44,163 nucleotides of DNA, from the UHGV virus genome UHGV-0207246. The stretch is one strand, 5' to 3'. Positions 8,486-18,640 of this stretch are shown here, piece by piece. The notes under the pieces were generated by a model. The model saw only the letters and a list, made by a program, of their open reading frames with translations, was not told the origin of the DNA and searched no databases. The stretch is from a virus. How positions within the stretch are numbered: position 1 is the first letter of the stretch; every line of letters starts with the position of its first letter. A program made the translations under genes and the position numbers.

Positions 8486-8592
8486 GTAGTGTGTTAGAAT
8501 AAGTTTGCGCCTAGTGTCGCACACGAAAAGCGGGTGGTTCCCGTCTGGCGCAACACCATCAACCAGTAACCTCTTAACCAAAGGATTAAAGA

Positions 8593-9009
8593 ATGAAACT
8601 TTCTGATTTTTATTTTGCGGACCGCCACGCCGCCGGTACTAAAATGCCTATCCTTCTGCCCAGTGGTAAAGATTCCGGTGAATGGTTGCAGGTCATCGGC
8701 CCCGATTGTGACGCTGGTGTTCGTGCGGGCCGTGCCTACACAACGGCAATTCGACGCCTTACGGAAGAACTTGCGCCATTAGATAAAGAGTGCGAGGCGC
8801 TGAATAACTGGGCGCGCTATAATGATGAGAAGGGCTGGCGGGTGATGGACCTGAACAAGCAGCTTGCCGTGGAAATCGTCACCGGTTGGTCATTCGACGA
8901 ACCATTCAGCAAAGAGGCGCTTGCTAACCTGTTCGACCAGTACAGTGGGTTGGCAGAGGCCGTAGTTAAGCATCACACCGATAGCCGTGAGAAACTCTCG
9001 GAAAAGTAA
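8593..9009 (+). CDS. tail assembly chaperone (gpG-like)
   Basis: Position immediately upstream of tape measure; followed by overlapping ORF in -1 frame. Confidence 0.55.
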   Translation: MKLSDFYFADRHAAGTKMPILLPSGKDSGEWLQVIGPDCDAGVRAGRAYTTAIRRLTEELAPLDKECEALNNWARYNDEKGWRVMDLNKQLAVEIVTGWSFDEPFSKEALANLFDQYSGLAEAVVKHHTDSREKLSEK

Positions 9010-9098
9010 AAGCGCTGTATGAATTTGCGCAATGGTGCTTTGTCGACCGCCACAAACGTAAGCAATTCGACGACATCGCGGCGGGCCACCAGGCGGCT

Positions 9099-9371
9099 TT
9101 GATTGCAATGGGCGTGATTAAAGAACCGCAGATGAAAGAAGCGACGGGGCCGGAATGCCCCGTTTCTCTTATCGACGTGTTCGAGAAATACCGTGCCATT
9201 AAATTCCTACAGCGCGAAACAGATGATACTATCGTTATAATCCCGCGCGATGCGCTCAAATGGCAAGATTTGGTAGCGTTTCGTGATGTCGCCGGTTACG
9301 GCATAAGTTTGTTCGAAGCCGAGGTTATCATGGGCTTAGACGGAATATTTGAGGGCAGAGAAGATGGCTGA
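9099..9371 (+). CDS. tail assembly chaperone extension (gpT-like), probably expressed as a -1 frameshift fusion with 8593..9009
   Basis: -1 frame is open from 8991; shifty A_AAG at 9003-9006 just before the zero-frame stop; classic G/GT arrangement before tape measure. Confidence 0.45.
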   Translation: MIAMGVIKEPQMKEATGPECPVSLIDVFEKYRAIKFLQRETDDTIVIIPRDALKWQDLVAFRDVAGYGISLFEAEVIMGLDGIFEGREDG

Positions 9372-11676
9372 TACGGCTTCCCTAATTGCCAGAGTAAAAA
9401 CAGAAGGCGCTGATGTAGCCGCTAAACAGCTTGACGCTATGGCGGCATCCGCAGACCGTGCGGACACATCCGTAAACAAACTAACGCCGGATGTTAATAA
9501 AGTAAACTCCGCTACGTCTAAAGCGGCTTCTGACGGTTTCGCTAAATTCCGTAACGCCGCCGGGCAGGTAGGCTTCCAGGTGCAGGACATGGTCGTCCAG
9601 TTGCAGTCCGGCACGTCTGCATTCGTAGCAATCGGGCAACAAGGCTCTCAGCTTGCGGGTGCTTTCGGCCCTGGTGGCGCGGTGCTTGGGGCCGTAATTG
9701 CTCTTGCGTCAGCAATCGGTGGTGTCCTGTATAAATCGTTAACCGAAGCAGAAGGCAGTTCAAAAGACCTCGAAGCCGCACAGAAACAGCTAAAAGATAC
9801 TTTCCAGCAAACGGCGTCCGGCTCTCTCGAACTGACAGACGGCCTTATCCAGCTTACCCAAATCAGCAGAGAAGCGGCGGAGACTCAGCTTGCGCTGGCT
9901 AAGGCTAACGCGGACCTTATCGCACAGCAAACAGCTAAAGCTGTTCGTGAGGACGCAGAATCATGGGAGACATGGAAGGCATCCACAGCATCAGCTATCA
10001 GCCAGTACGATGCATTGGTCTCTAAAGGTGCGGATGTAGGCGACACGTTAGAAAAACTCGGTGGCACTTACGAGGGTAACATCGTAGGCGTCAACATGCT
10101 GGCGCAGAATATCGCAGAGCTTAGCAGTAAGTTTGGGGTTAACCGTGACCAGGCGCTGGAGATGATAGCGGCGCAGAGTGCGTTTAACAAAGAGCCAACC
10201 GCCGAGAATGCCCGTCGCATCGCCGATGTGTTTACCGACTGGCTCGGTAATACAAAACAGTTGAACCCGGAACTTATCCGCCTGACCGACAATGCCAACA
10301 AGAACGCCACGGCACTGGAGAACGCGGAGAAGTCCGCAAACGCGGCGGCGGAGGCCCAAAAGAATCTTGGTCGTAACGTCAACTCAACAACGCAGAGATT
10401 CCAGGAACAGAACGAAGCTATCGTCAAAAACCAGCAAATCGCTATCTTAAGTGACCGCGAGCGTATCCGTGCGCAAGCTGAACTGGATAAGCAGGCGTTC
10501 GCTAAACGTGAAGCTGTCACCAAAGAACAGATCGCCGCGTATAATGCTGCGCGTGACACGGAAGCACAACAAGACATCGCTCGCATCGACGCTACCGAAA
10601 AAGCGAAGGCCGACCGCGAGGCCAAATCGAACGAGAAACGGCTGGCGGCACAAGCCAAACGCGAAGAAACGGCGGCTGAACGACAGAAAAAAGCGGCGGA
10701 AGATTTCCTGGCTACTGTCGACCGCACAACCGGAGATGAGATTTCGCGCATTACCGCTGCGGAAGAACAGAAACTGGCGAAACTGGAGGAGTTCAACCGC
10801 GCCGGAACGATAAGCCAGCAGCAGTATGAAAACGCCAAAACTCAAATTATGCTCACAGCCGAGCAGGCCAGACAGGAAGAACTGGATAAGAAAAGAAAAG
10901 AGCAGCAGGAAAAGCAGCAGAAAGGCGAGGACTTCATGGCACAGATTATGGGTCAGAACGCTACTGAGCTTGAGCTTCTCGACATCCAGGAACAGCAGAA
11001 ACTGGAGGTAGCGGATAAGTACCGTGAGCAGGGGCTTATTAGTGAGAAGCAGTACCAGGCGGCGCTTAACGCCATCAATGAGCAGTATGCTACGAAGCGT
11101 GCCGACGCAACGGCAACCGCCTTCGGTAACATGGCTTCAAACATCGGGTCTGCGTTGGGTGAGGCTTCTGGCGCGTATAAGGCATTCGCTATCGTACAGG
11201 CCACTATAGCCACGTACACCGCAGCTATTGAAGCGTATAAGTCAACGGCTGCTATCCCTGTAGTTGGCCCGTTCCTGGCCCCCGTAGCCGCTGCTGCTGC
11301 AGTTGGGGCGGGTATGGCGCAGATTTCCGCCATCAGGTCCGCGCGTGAGCAGGGCGGTCAGTTATCCGCAGGACAGGCTTCCACCATCGCCGAACGCGGT
11401 AAACCCGAAGTTATCATGCCCGCTGGGGCATCGCGTGTGCGCACGGCACAGCAGATGAAAGAAATTATGGGGCAAAACGGGTCTTCTTCCGGCCCATCTA
11501 ATGTTACTATCGTAAATAACACGAGTTCTCAAATTGGCAACGTATCCACCGAACAAGATGATGAAGGCCGTTTGCGTATCATCATCGAGGAGCAGGTGGC
11601 CGCCTCTTTGCAGAACAGCAACAGTAAGATTAGCAAGGCCCGCAAGGCCACAAGAAATGCGCCGGGGTTCAAATAA
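9364..11676 (+). CDS. tail tape measure protein
   Basis: About 770 aa, Ala/Gln/Glu/Lys-rich coiled coil, hydrophobic Gly/Ala-rich segments, located after chaperone pair; start at ATG with RBS GAGGG (track uses upstream TTG). Confidence 0.8.
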   Translation: MADTASLIARVKTEGADVAAKQLDAMAASADRADTSVNKLTPDVNKVNSATSKAASDGFAKFRNAAGQVGFQVQDMVVQLQSGTSAFVAIGQQGSQLAGAFGPGGAVLGAVIALASAIGGVLYKSLTEAEGSSKDLEAAQKQLKDTFQQTASGSLELTDGLIQLTQISREAAETQLALAKANADLIAQQTAKAVREDAESWETWKASTASAISQYDALVSKGADVGDTLEKLGGTYEGNIVGVNMLAQNIAELSSKFGVNRDQALEMIAAQSAFNKEPTAENARRIADVFTDWLGNTKQLNPELIRLTDNANKNATALENAEKSANAAAEAQKNLGRNVNSTTQRFQEQNEAIVKNQQIAILSDRERIRAQAELDKQAFAKREAVTKEQIAAYNAARDTEAQQDIARIDATEKAKADREAKSNEKRLAAQAKREETAAERQKKAAEDFLATVDRTTGDEISRITAAEEQKLAKLEEFNRAGTISQQQYENAKTQIMLTAEQARQEELDKKRKEQQEKQQKGEDFMAQIMGQNATELELLDIQEQQKLEVADKYREQGLISEKQYQAALNAINEQYATKRADATATAFGNMASNIGSALGEASGAYKAFAIVQATIATYTAAIEAYKSTAAIPVVGPFLAPVAAAAAVGAGMAQISAIRSAREQGGQLSAGQASTIAERGKPEVIMPAGASRVRTAQQMKEIMGQNGSSSGPSNVTIVNNTSSQIGNVSTEQDDEGRLRIIIEEQVAASLQNSNSKISKARKATRNAPGFK

Positions 11677-13073
11677 TGAGCGACTTATATTTCCCGCGTA
11701 GCCTTAAGCCCATTGTGTCAAAAGGCTACTCAATGACCAGACGTAACAACGTCTGGAGTGTAGATTTAGCTGGTGGCGGAGTGCGTCAGGGCCGTGACAC
11801 ATATTACGACGTGTTTCCGGTGAGCGTAACCCTGATTACATCCGCAATGGGGCGGCAGGCGTTTCTGTCGTTCCTTGAGAAAGTCGATGGCGGTGCGTCA
11901 AGTTTCTGGATGGCACATGACTTCGGCATGGGTATCGAGGATTACCAGGTAACAATCACGTCAACCATCGCTGAGTCCACCGAAGACGGGATTAACTGGA
12001 CAATTACTTTCACGGCAACCGCTGAGAAATCGCCGTTCCAGGACCTTGAGAACCAGTGCCTGATTAACAATCTGCCAGATTTGTACGGCTGTTACGGGGA
12101 TTGTCTGGGTAGTTTCCTGAAAATATACGCTAACTATGTGACGACGTTCCCGCGCATCTGGAGCAATGAAGGGCCTGCCGGGTATCCACCTATTAACCTT
12201 CTGGCGTCGACTCTTGATAGCCGCATTGTGTATGACGGGCCGCAGGTTTATTACATCAACCGCAACGGCAATCTTGTGCAGTCCGCCGCTAATGAATGGC
12301 CTCTTACGTTTATTGATGGGGTTGCTGTTGGACGTGTTCCGCCGGAATCCGCGTCCAGTAATATCCTGATTAAATCGTCGAAATTATCTGACGCATCGTG
12401 GACTAAAACTAGAGCAACAGTGTCGGATGCAGTTGACGGATTTCTAAACGGTGGTACGTTCTCGCTAGTCCCGAACCAGACAAACGACAGCCATCTCGTA
12501 TATCAATCGGTGTCTTCCGCTTTTGCGGAGGGTGATGTATACACTCTCAGTTACGTTGCTAAGGCCTATGGTTATAATTATGCGAGACTTCGCGCCGCTG
12601 ATGATGCTGGGTTTATCGCGGATTGTGTTGCTAACTTATCGACAGGGGTTATTTACGCAGGCGCCCCCGGCAGCGATATAGCAGAGCTTGGTAATGGTTG
12701 GTATCGATTTACAGAAACGGTAGCTATACGCCAGGGTGGCGCGTCTTCTCTGCTTTTAGCGTCATGGGTGTACAACAACTCCGCCGTTGGTTCATTTGTC
12801 GGTGACGGGGTTAGTGGTATATTAGTGTGCGCGATGCAAATAGAAAAATCACCGTTTGCCACATCGCCGATAGTAACCGACGCATCACCATCCGCACGCC
12901 CTATGGCATCGGCAAAAGTAGTAATGAACGGTGCAACAAGCATTGATATTACATATTCAGACGGCTCTGTGGTAAACGTTCCGTCTGTTGACGGTTACGC
13001 CGCCATCCCTCAAGCAGACTCTGCGTGGGGAAGCAAGTACATCACCCGTATTGATTTTAATGTGGACGGATAA
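11676..13073 (+). CDS. minor tail protein with lambda gpM-like N-terminal domain
   Basis: N-terminal region (YDVFPVSVTL...FLSFLEK.DGG..SFW) resembles gpM family; C-terminal extension. Confidence 0.45.
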   Translation: MSDLYFPRSLKPIVSKGYSMTRRNNVWSVDLAGGGVRQGRDTYYDVFPVSVTLITSAMGRQAFLSFLEKVDGGASSFWMAHDFGMGIEDYQVTITSTIAESTEDGINWTITFTATAEKSPFQDLENQCLINNLPDLYGCYGDCLGSFLKIYANYVTTFPRIWSNEGPAGYPPINLLASTLDSRIVYDGPQVYYINRNGNLVQSAANEWPLTFIDGVAVGRVPPESASSNILIKSSKLSDASWTKTRATVSDAVDGFLNGGTFSLVPNQTNDSHLVYQSVSSAFAEGDVYTLSYVAKAYGYNYARLRAADDAGFIADCVANLSTGVIYAGAPGSDIAELGNGWYRFTETVAIRQGGASSLLLASWVYNNSAVGSFVGDGVSGILVCAMQIEKSPFATSPIVTDASPSARPMASAKVVMNGATSIDITYSDGSVVNVPSVDGYAAIPQADSAWGSKYITRIDFNVDG

Positions 13074-13076
13074 CTT

Positions 13077-13592
13077 ATGAGTCAGGAATCAGTAGAAGCA
13101 GCCTACCGCCGTAAGTTGGCCTCAAACCCCGACGGCGAGATGGACTACATCACGTTGCAAATCAGCCACCCGTTGTTGTCGAAGACGTACTATCTTGTGC
13201 GCGGGCTACAGGAACTTACCGCAACACTGGAGACAGGCGAAATTATCACGTTCGAGCCAACCCCGATGGAGGCGTCGGGAGCCGCTAACAACAGTGATAT
13301 GGACCAGACGACGACGTTTACTTTACCGGATATTCTCAATCAACTGGATGATGAGATGGATAAAATCCCGATGAGTAACACCGAGTTGCCGAAGTTCGTC
13401 TTCCGCCGTTACGTCAGTACCGACCTGTCTTATCCGGCTGACGGTCCTGTCGGGTACGAGTTACAGGCCATCAACCAGGAGAAAGGCGAGTTCTCCGCGG
13501 ATGTCGGTACGCCTATGCTGAACCAACGAAGCACTGGTATACTGATGACACCTAAAGAGATACCGTTATTACGCGGCCTGTTGACCACATGA
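13077..13592 (+). CDS. minor tail protein (gpL-like) candidate
   Basis: Synteny M-L-K-J. Confidence 0.4.
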   Translation: MSQESVEAAYRRKLASNPDGEMDYITLQISHPLLSKTYYLVRGLQELTATLETGEIITFEPTPMEASGAANNSDMDQTTTFTLPDILNQLDDEMDKIPMSNTELPKFVFRRYVSTDLSYPADGPVGYELQAINQEKGEFSADVGTPMLNQRSTGILMTPKEIPLLRGLLTT

Positions 13593-13954
13593 ATATTAAC
13601 GACTACACGGGCATACCTTACGACTTTCGCAAACGCAATTGCTGGCATCACGTGCGCATTGTCCGCGCGGATGCCGGGTTAGAAACACCGGCGTTCGACG
13701 TTACAAACCCAACGGCGATTAACGAAGCGTTTGACGAAGGACATCGCAACACGAAGGGGCTTACAAAAATTGATAAGCCCGAAAACTTCTGTGCGGTGTT
13801 GATGGGGTATCACCGCGGCGGTCGTATCGTGTGGCATGCAGGAGTTTACTTCGACGGGATGGTGAGTCATTGTGAGCTTGCTTCTCGCCAGGTACGGCTT
13901 GACAGGCTGGCGGACCTCAGAGACACGTACACGGAGATTGAATTTTGGCGATAA
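13589..13954 (+). CDS. tail assembly protein (gpK-like) with NlpC/P60-like Cys-His motifs
   Basis: Motifs RNCWHHV and HAGVYFDGMVSHC; synteny. Confidence 0.4.
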   Translation: MNINDYTGIPYDFRKRNCWHHVRIVRADAGLETPAFDVTNPTAINEAFDEGHRNTKGLTKIDKPENFCAVLMGYHRGGRIVWHAGVYFDGMVSHCELASRQVRLDRLADLRDTYTEIEFWR

Positions 13955-16503
13955 TCTTGCACTACACGCGAAACGCGGAAGGCGCTTTCGCCCGTACAAA
14001 ACACGTCGGGATGCCGATGGAGTTTGTCGTTAACCGTATCCCGGACGGCGTGCCGGTGCGCGTCTACCTCGGCGAGATTGGCGATGATACAGACGTAACG
14101 GACGACTTCGATGCGCTTAAAGACGAGGACGCCGTGTACCACATTATTGAGGGAGCGGGTAGCGGGGCGCTTGGTGCCGTTAGTAAGGTATTTGGTTTTA
14201 TCCTTAAGCCAATTGCCAAGTTGTTCGGCCTTAACACAGCCACCAACGCCAACTACACGGCGACTAACAACCAGACAACATCACCAAATAACAGCCTCAC
14301 AGACCGCTCCAACAAACCACGCCCTTACGAGCGCTCTTATGACATCTGCGGGACTGTACAGACAATCCCTAACGACCTGATGCAGACGTATAAGGCGTTC
14401 AACTCCACCGGTGCTTTGCTGGAGTATTCATACTACGACGCAGGGCGCGGGCATCTGTATATTGAGGCCGATGGCGTCACGGAAGGTGACACCCTGATAA
14501 GCGACATCACAGGTTCCTCTGTTGCCGTGTATGCGCCGTATACGTCGCCGAACAACACCACATCTCCGCAACTACAAATCGGCGACGTCATTGACCAGAA
14601 ACTCTATGTGACATACTCCAACGACGACGTTGACGGTATTGTACTGAAAGCTCCAAACGACATTGGGGCTAACCCAAGCGCCGACGGGAAAGTTCGTTAT
14701 GACTCGTCAACTAAAATAGGCTACATATATGATAGCTCTGGGGATTCCGCCTTCACCGAGTTTCTTAACGTCGGAGACATCGCGGTCTTAACTGAATTTT
14801 GGGTTAAGGACGTTGCCGTTTTAGACGGGGAGTTTGAAGTGCTTTACGTGGACGATTTTGAGGTGAGAATAGCTACAGGTGGCACTAACCAATGGCCTAA
14901 CCTCGGAAGCACCACCTACAACCTGACCGAGCAATCAATCACGTTTATCGGGCCCAAAGACACTTATGAACCATCGCTTTCGGACTGGTACTACATGGTG
15001 CGCGGAGAAGTTGACCGGGTGCTAGTTAACGTTGCGGGGCAAAATGGCCTCTACAAATACGACGGCGGCTATAACCGCACCAGCGTAACTGTAGAACTCC
15101 AGTACCAGATGATTGACTCTCAGCGTAACCCTTTGAGCGGCATTTACACGGTACGGGCTACAATTACTGGTAATAGCACGGATTACGTCGGTACGTCTAT
15201 CTACGGGCAATTGCCGACCGCGTCTCGTTTCCGCGCCCGTATGCGCCGTATAACGAATTTCGATAAGGACTACGACGGTACAGTAAGTGACGAGATAACC
15301 TTCATCAACCTGTACGGGCAATCACTAGACACCACCCCGCACTACGGCAACAGAACTACCGTACATTGCGCACGTAAACAGACGCCGCGGGCCGCCAGTA
15401 TCGATAACCCTGAACTGCGCATGATTGCGACCGAGATGTGCTACAAATACCTCGGCAATGGGGTATTCGATACAGTAATGACACCGAACACGCAAGCCGT
15501 ACAATCTCTAATTCGACTGGCGCGCGACCCCGCAGTAGGCAATCTGGAACTGACAACGGCAAACATGGACAAGTTACTTGCTGTGCAGGAAGAAATTGAG
15601 TCCTATTTCGGAAGTGAATTAGCAGGGCAATTCTGCTACACGTTCGACGACTATGACACAACCATGCAGGACATCGTTCAGACCATAGCGGAAGCCGTGT
15701 TCTGTACCGCGTACCGTAAAGGTGCGGATATTATGCTGCGATTCGACCGTCCTGTCGCGGGGCCTGAAATGGTGTTCACCCACCGCAGTAAGACGACGGG
15801 TACGGAGAAATGGACCCGCACGTTCAACGATTCGACAACCTACGATAGCCTGTCGTTCTCGTACATCGACCCGTATACTAACGTACAGGAGACAATTTAT
15901 ATCCCGGAAGAACTCGGTGCAAACACCGAGGAATACGAATCGAAGGGCGTGCGCAACTACCAACAGGCATATTGGCTGGCATGGCGTCGCTACCAGCGCA
16001 ACGCGTTAAGTAAAGTTGTCGTAGAGTTCGAAGCTACAGAAGAAGGCGCTCTCGCTACACCCGGCGGTGTAATCAGCGTGGTTAAGGGCTCCCGCATCGC
16101 CCCGCAGGATGGTTATGTTGTTGCCGTTAACGGGCTTACACTTACACTATCTCAGCCGGTTACGTTTACCCCGGGCGACGACCACTCCATTATCCTCAAG
16201 AAGCGCGACGGCTCTGTGCAGAGTATCTCTGTTATCAAAGGAAGCCACGACCGCGAAGTGATTATGCTCTCCGCACCGGAGGAGGCAATCTACACGGGGA
16301 ATAGTGCGCTAAAAACTGAGTTTTCATTCGGCAACGAAGCAAGGCATAATGCTCAGAAGATAGTTGTTTCTTCAATCGACCCCGGCGACGACCGCACGGT
16401 CAAGATTACGGGCTACAACTATGATGACGGATTCTATAAATACGACGGCGTCGCGCCATACGGCAGCGGTTTCTCCGACGGATTCAGCAATGGTTTTAAT
16501 TAA
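13945..16503 (+). CDS. tail tip / host specificity protein (gpJ-like)
   Basis: 852 aa ORF after gpK-like gene; TTG start with RBS GGAG; start codon uncertain. Confidence 0.55.
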   Translation: MAIILHYTRNAEGAFARTKHVGMPMEFVVNRIPDGVPVRVYLGEIGDDTDVTDDFDALKDEDAVYHIIEGAGSGALGAVSKVFGFILKPIAKLFGLNTATNANYTATNNQTTSPNNSLTDRSNKPRPYERSYDICGTVQTIPNDLMQTYKAFNSTGALLEYSYYDAGRGHLYIEADGVTEGDTLISDITGSSVAVYAPYTSPNNTTSPQLQIGDVIDQKLYVTYSNDDVDGIVLKAPNDIGANPSADGKVRYDSSTKIGYIYDSSGDSAFTEFLNVGDIAVLTEFWVKDVAVLDGEFEVLYVDDFEVRIATGGTNQWPNLGSTTYNLTEQSITFIGPKDTYEPSLSDWYYMVRGEVDRVLVNVAGQNGLYKYDGGYNRTSVTVELQYQMIDSQRNPLSGIYTVRATITGNSTDYVGTSIYGQLPTASRFRARMRRITNFDKDYDGTVSDEITFINLYGQSLDTTPHYGNRTTVHCARKQTPRAASIDNPELRMIATEMCYKYLGNGVFDTVMTPNTQAVQSLIRLARDPAVGNLELTTANMDKLLAVQEEIESYFGSELAGQFCYTFDDYDTTMQDIVQTIAEAVFCTAYRKGADIMLRFDRPVAGPEMVFTHRSKTTGTEKWTRTFNDSTTYDSLSFSYIDPYTNVQETIYIPEELGANTEEYESKGVRNYQQAYWLAWRRYQRNALSKVVVEFEATEEGALATPGGVISVVKGSRIAPQDGYVVAVNGLTLTLSQPVTFTPGDDHSIILKKRDGSVQSISVIKGSHDREVIMLSAPEEAIYTGNSALKTEFSFGNEARHNAQKIVVSSIDPGDDRTVKITGYNYDDGFYKYDGVAPYGSGFSDGFSNGFN

Positions 16504-16515
16504 AGAGGACTCTAT

Positions 16516-18471
16516 ATGTCAAGCGGATGCGGTGACGTTTTAAGCCTGGCGGATTTACAAACCGCCAAGAAACACCAAATTTTTGAAGCTGAAGTTATCA
16601 CCGGTAAATCTGGTGGTGTCGCAGGTGGCGCTGATATTGATTACGCAACAAACCAGGTTACAGGACAGACACAGAAGACGCTCCCGGCGGTGTTACGTGA
16701 CGCTGGGTTTTCTCCTGTGTCGTGGGACTTCTCTACCGGCGGTACGTTAACTGTTAATGACCGCGACAAAGTTGTCTACGACCCCGTAAGTGAAACATGG
16801 TATTCGTACGTAGGTGCACTTCCTGTTACAGTTCCCGCTGGTTTTAACCCAGTAGGAAACGCTGACTGGAAACCTCGGACAGACCCTAATTTGAGAGAAG
16901 ATTTGGCCAGCATAGATGGCTTAAGTTTGGTATACCTCCCGAGCTACGATGATTTGCGCGCGTATTCTGGCCCGGCAACATATCTGTATGTCAGAGGCCG
17001 TAGCGCTGGAGCAACAATGGCTGGCGGATGGTTTAGCGTAATTTCAGGCGATGCTACAACGCAAGATGATGATGGGACCGTTTTAGTAGATGCAATCAAT
17101 CGGAGATGGGGCCGCGTATTTAATGGGGTTTTACTCCCAGAATGGTTTGGGGCCGATCCATCAGGTACCTCAGATTGCACGAGTGCTTTTAATAAGTGTT
17201 TTGCGTCTGCAAAAGGAAAAGAAGTAAGGCTCGGTGGTAAGTATAAATTCCTTAGCCCTATTGTAGTTGACTACGAGGACCAATATAGCCTCAAGGTGAT
17301 AGGTACTGGAAGTTCAAACCATAAGAGCGGCGCGAAGACAGATAACTACTGTTATCTTGATTTTGATGATATTCCAGAAAACTCAAGAGCTTTAACATTC
17401 AAAGGTGTTAGAGGGCTTACCTTAAATGATTTCCATATATCACACCGTAAAGTTAGCCCATCACTATCAGTTGCGTTATGGGTTACGCAACTTGATAACT
17501 TTAAAATTGATGGTGTAACTATCGATTCAAATTCTGGCCCGGCCGGGCAGGGTATGCGTTTCGGCGAGTCTGGAGGAGAAGACTGTGCCTTCATGGGTTC
17601 GGTGGATAACTGTAAAATATGGATGCACGGAGGAGGCCCGGCGGTTGCCGTACAACCTCTATGTACATCCATAACATTTAAAAACTGCTACCAAATTGGG
17701 GGCTACTACTACTTCCAGAGCTGCATTTATACCTCCATGGTAACCTGCGCTTCAGAAGGAAGCGAGGTAAAAGGTTATGGCTATGTTCTGTATGCCGTAA
17801 AAGGGTTTACAGCTATAAACTGTGCGGGCGAAGCCAATAAAAACGGGGTGTTCTATATTTCTAATGGCTCTAGTAATGTAGAAATACTCTCTCCTTTTGG
17901 TGCAGGTAATAACACAGGCAATACAGCAGTAGCTGGTGCGCTTGTTTTGGTGGATGGCAGTGGTGGGTATAATGCTAATATTCATATAGATAATCCAGTA
18001 AGCCTGACCCCAGGTTCAAACGCACAGCATGATATTGGTTTTCTTTCGGCCAATAAAAACATGAGTGTCACAAACGTGTACGCAGAAAACCTACTGAAAG
18101 GTATTGGTGGTGAATCTTCGTGGGCGGCTTCAAACCTCAGCCTTAGTGGAGACCTCTCTCAAAGAGATTTCACGTTCACCATCCCAGGTTGGACGGTAAC
18201 ATCTCCAGTGATGAGTGGGAAGTATATTCGCAGCGGTAAGCGTGTTGATTTTACACTCACCGTGAGTGGTAACTCCCTATCAACATCGCTTGGTATAAGC
18301 TTTATACAACTTCCATTTGGTACATTATCGGCACAAACTGTCTGCTCCGTAGCCAGTACTACTGGAAATAGCTTTGGTAGCGCGGTTATAGATAGCACTG
18401 GCAAAATATTTGTACCAACAACCTCGGGGGCGTCTGGGATTATAATTTCTGGGTCTATCCTTACGCTGTAA
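16516..18471 (+). CDS. tailspike / receptor-binding protein with pectate-lyase-like beta-helix (depolymerase candidate)
   Basis: Motif LLPEWFGADPSGTSDCTSAFNKCFASAKGKEV typical of pectate lyase superfamily beta-helix tailspikes; last gene of structural module. Confidence 0.6.
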   Translation: MSSGCGDVLSLADLQTAKKHQIFEAEVITGKSGGVAGGADIDYATNQVTGQTQKTLPAVLRDAGFSPVSWDFSTGGTLTVNDRDKVVYDPVSETWYSYVGALPVTVPAGFNPVGNADWKPRTDPNLREDLASIDGLSLVYLPSYDDLRAYSGPATYLYVRGRSAGATMAGGWFSVISGDATTQDDDGTVLVDAINRRWGRVFNGVLLPEWFGADPSGTSDCTSAFNKCFASAKGKEVRLGGKYKFLSPIVVDYEDQYSLKVIGTGSSNHKSGAKTDNYCYLDFDDIPENSRALTFKGVRGLTLNDFHISHRKVSPSLSVALWVTQLDNFKIDGVTIDSNSGPAGQGMRFGESGGEDCAFMGSVDNCKIWMHGGGPAVAVQPLCTSITFKNCYQIGGYYYFQSCIYTSMVTCASEGSEVKGYGYVLYAVKGFTAINCAGEANKNGVFYISNGSSNVEILSPFGAGNNTGNTAVAGALVLVDGSGGYNANIHIDNPVSLTPGSNAQHDIGFLSANKNMSVTNVYAENLLKGIGGESSWAASNLSLSGDLSQRDFTFTIPGWTVTSPVMSGKYIRSGKRVDFTLTVSGNSLSTSLGISFIQLPFGTLSAQTVCSVASTTGNSFGSAVIDSTGKIFVPTTSGASGIIISGSILTL

Positions 18472-18476
18472 CAATG

Positions 18477-18500
18477 AAAAGGCCCCAAACGGGGCCTTTT
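18477..18500. terminator. bidirectional rho-independent terminator
   Basis: AAAAGGCCCC-AAAC-GGGGCCTTTT between convergent modules. Confidence 0.75.
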
Positions 18501-18502
18501 CT

Positions 18503-18640
18503 CTACTCTTCTGATAACTTCTCAAGTACAAACGCCAGTTGCGCATTAGCGGCGTCTCTTTGCTGGCGTAGTCGTAGAACCTCCTCCTCGAGTTCCTTGA
18601 TACGTTTTTGCAATGCTGGAATCGGGGCTATGATGTTCAT
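18503..18640 (-). CDS. hypothetical small coiled-coil protein (45 aa)
   Basis: ATGA overlap with helicase stop; hand-translated MNIIAPIPALQKRIKELEEEVLRLRQQRDAANAQLAFVLEKLSEE. Confidence 0.3.
   Translation of the reverse strand: MNIIAPIPALQKRIKELEEEVLRLRQQRDAANAQLAFVLEKLSEE

Noticed and set aside
10048-11333. Several long ORFs on both strands inside the tape measure gene (10068..10838, 10447..10845, 10451..10813, 10953..11333)
   Set aside because: Repetitive low-complexity translations (Arg/Ser/Ala runs) typical of alternative frames through a coiled-coil gene; no translation signals
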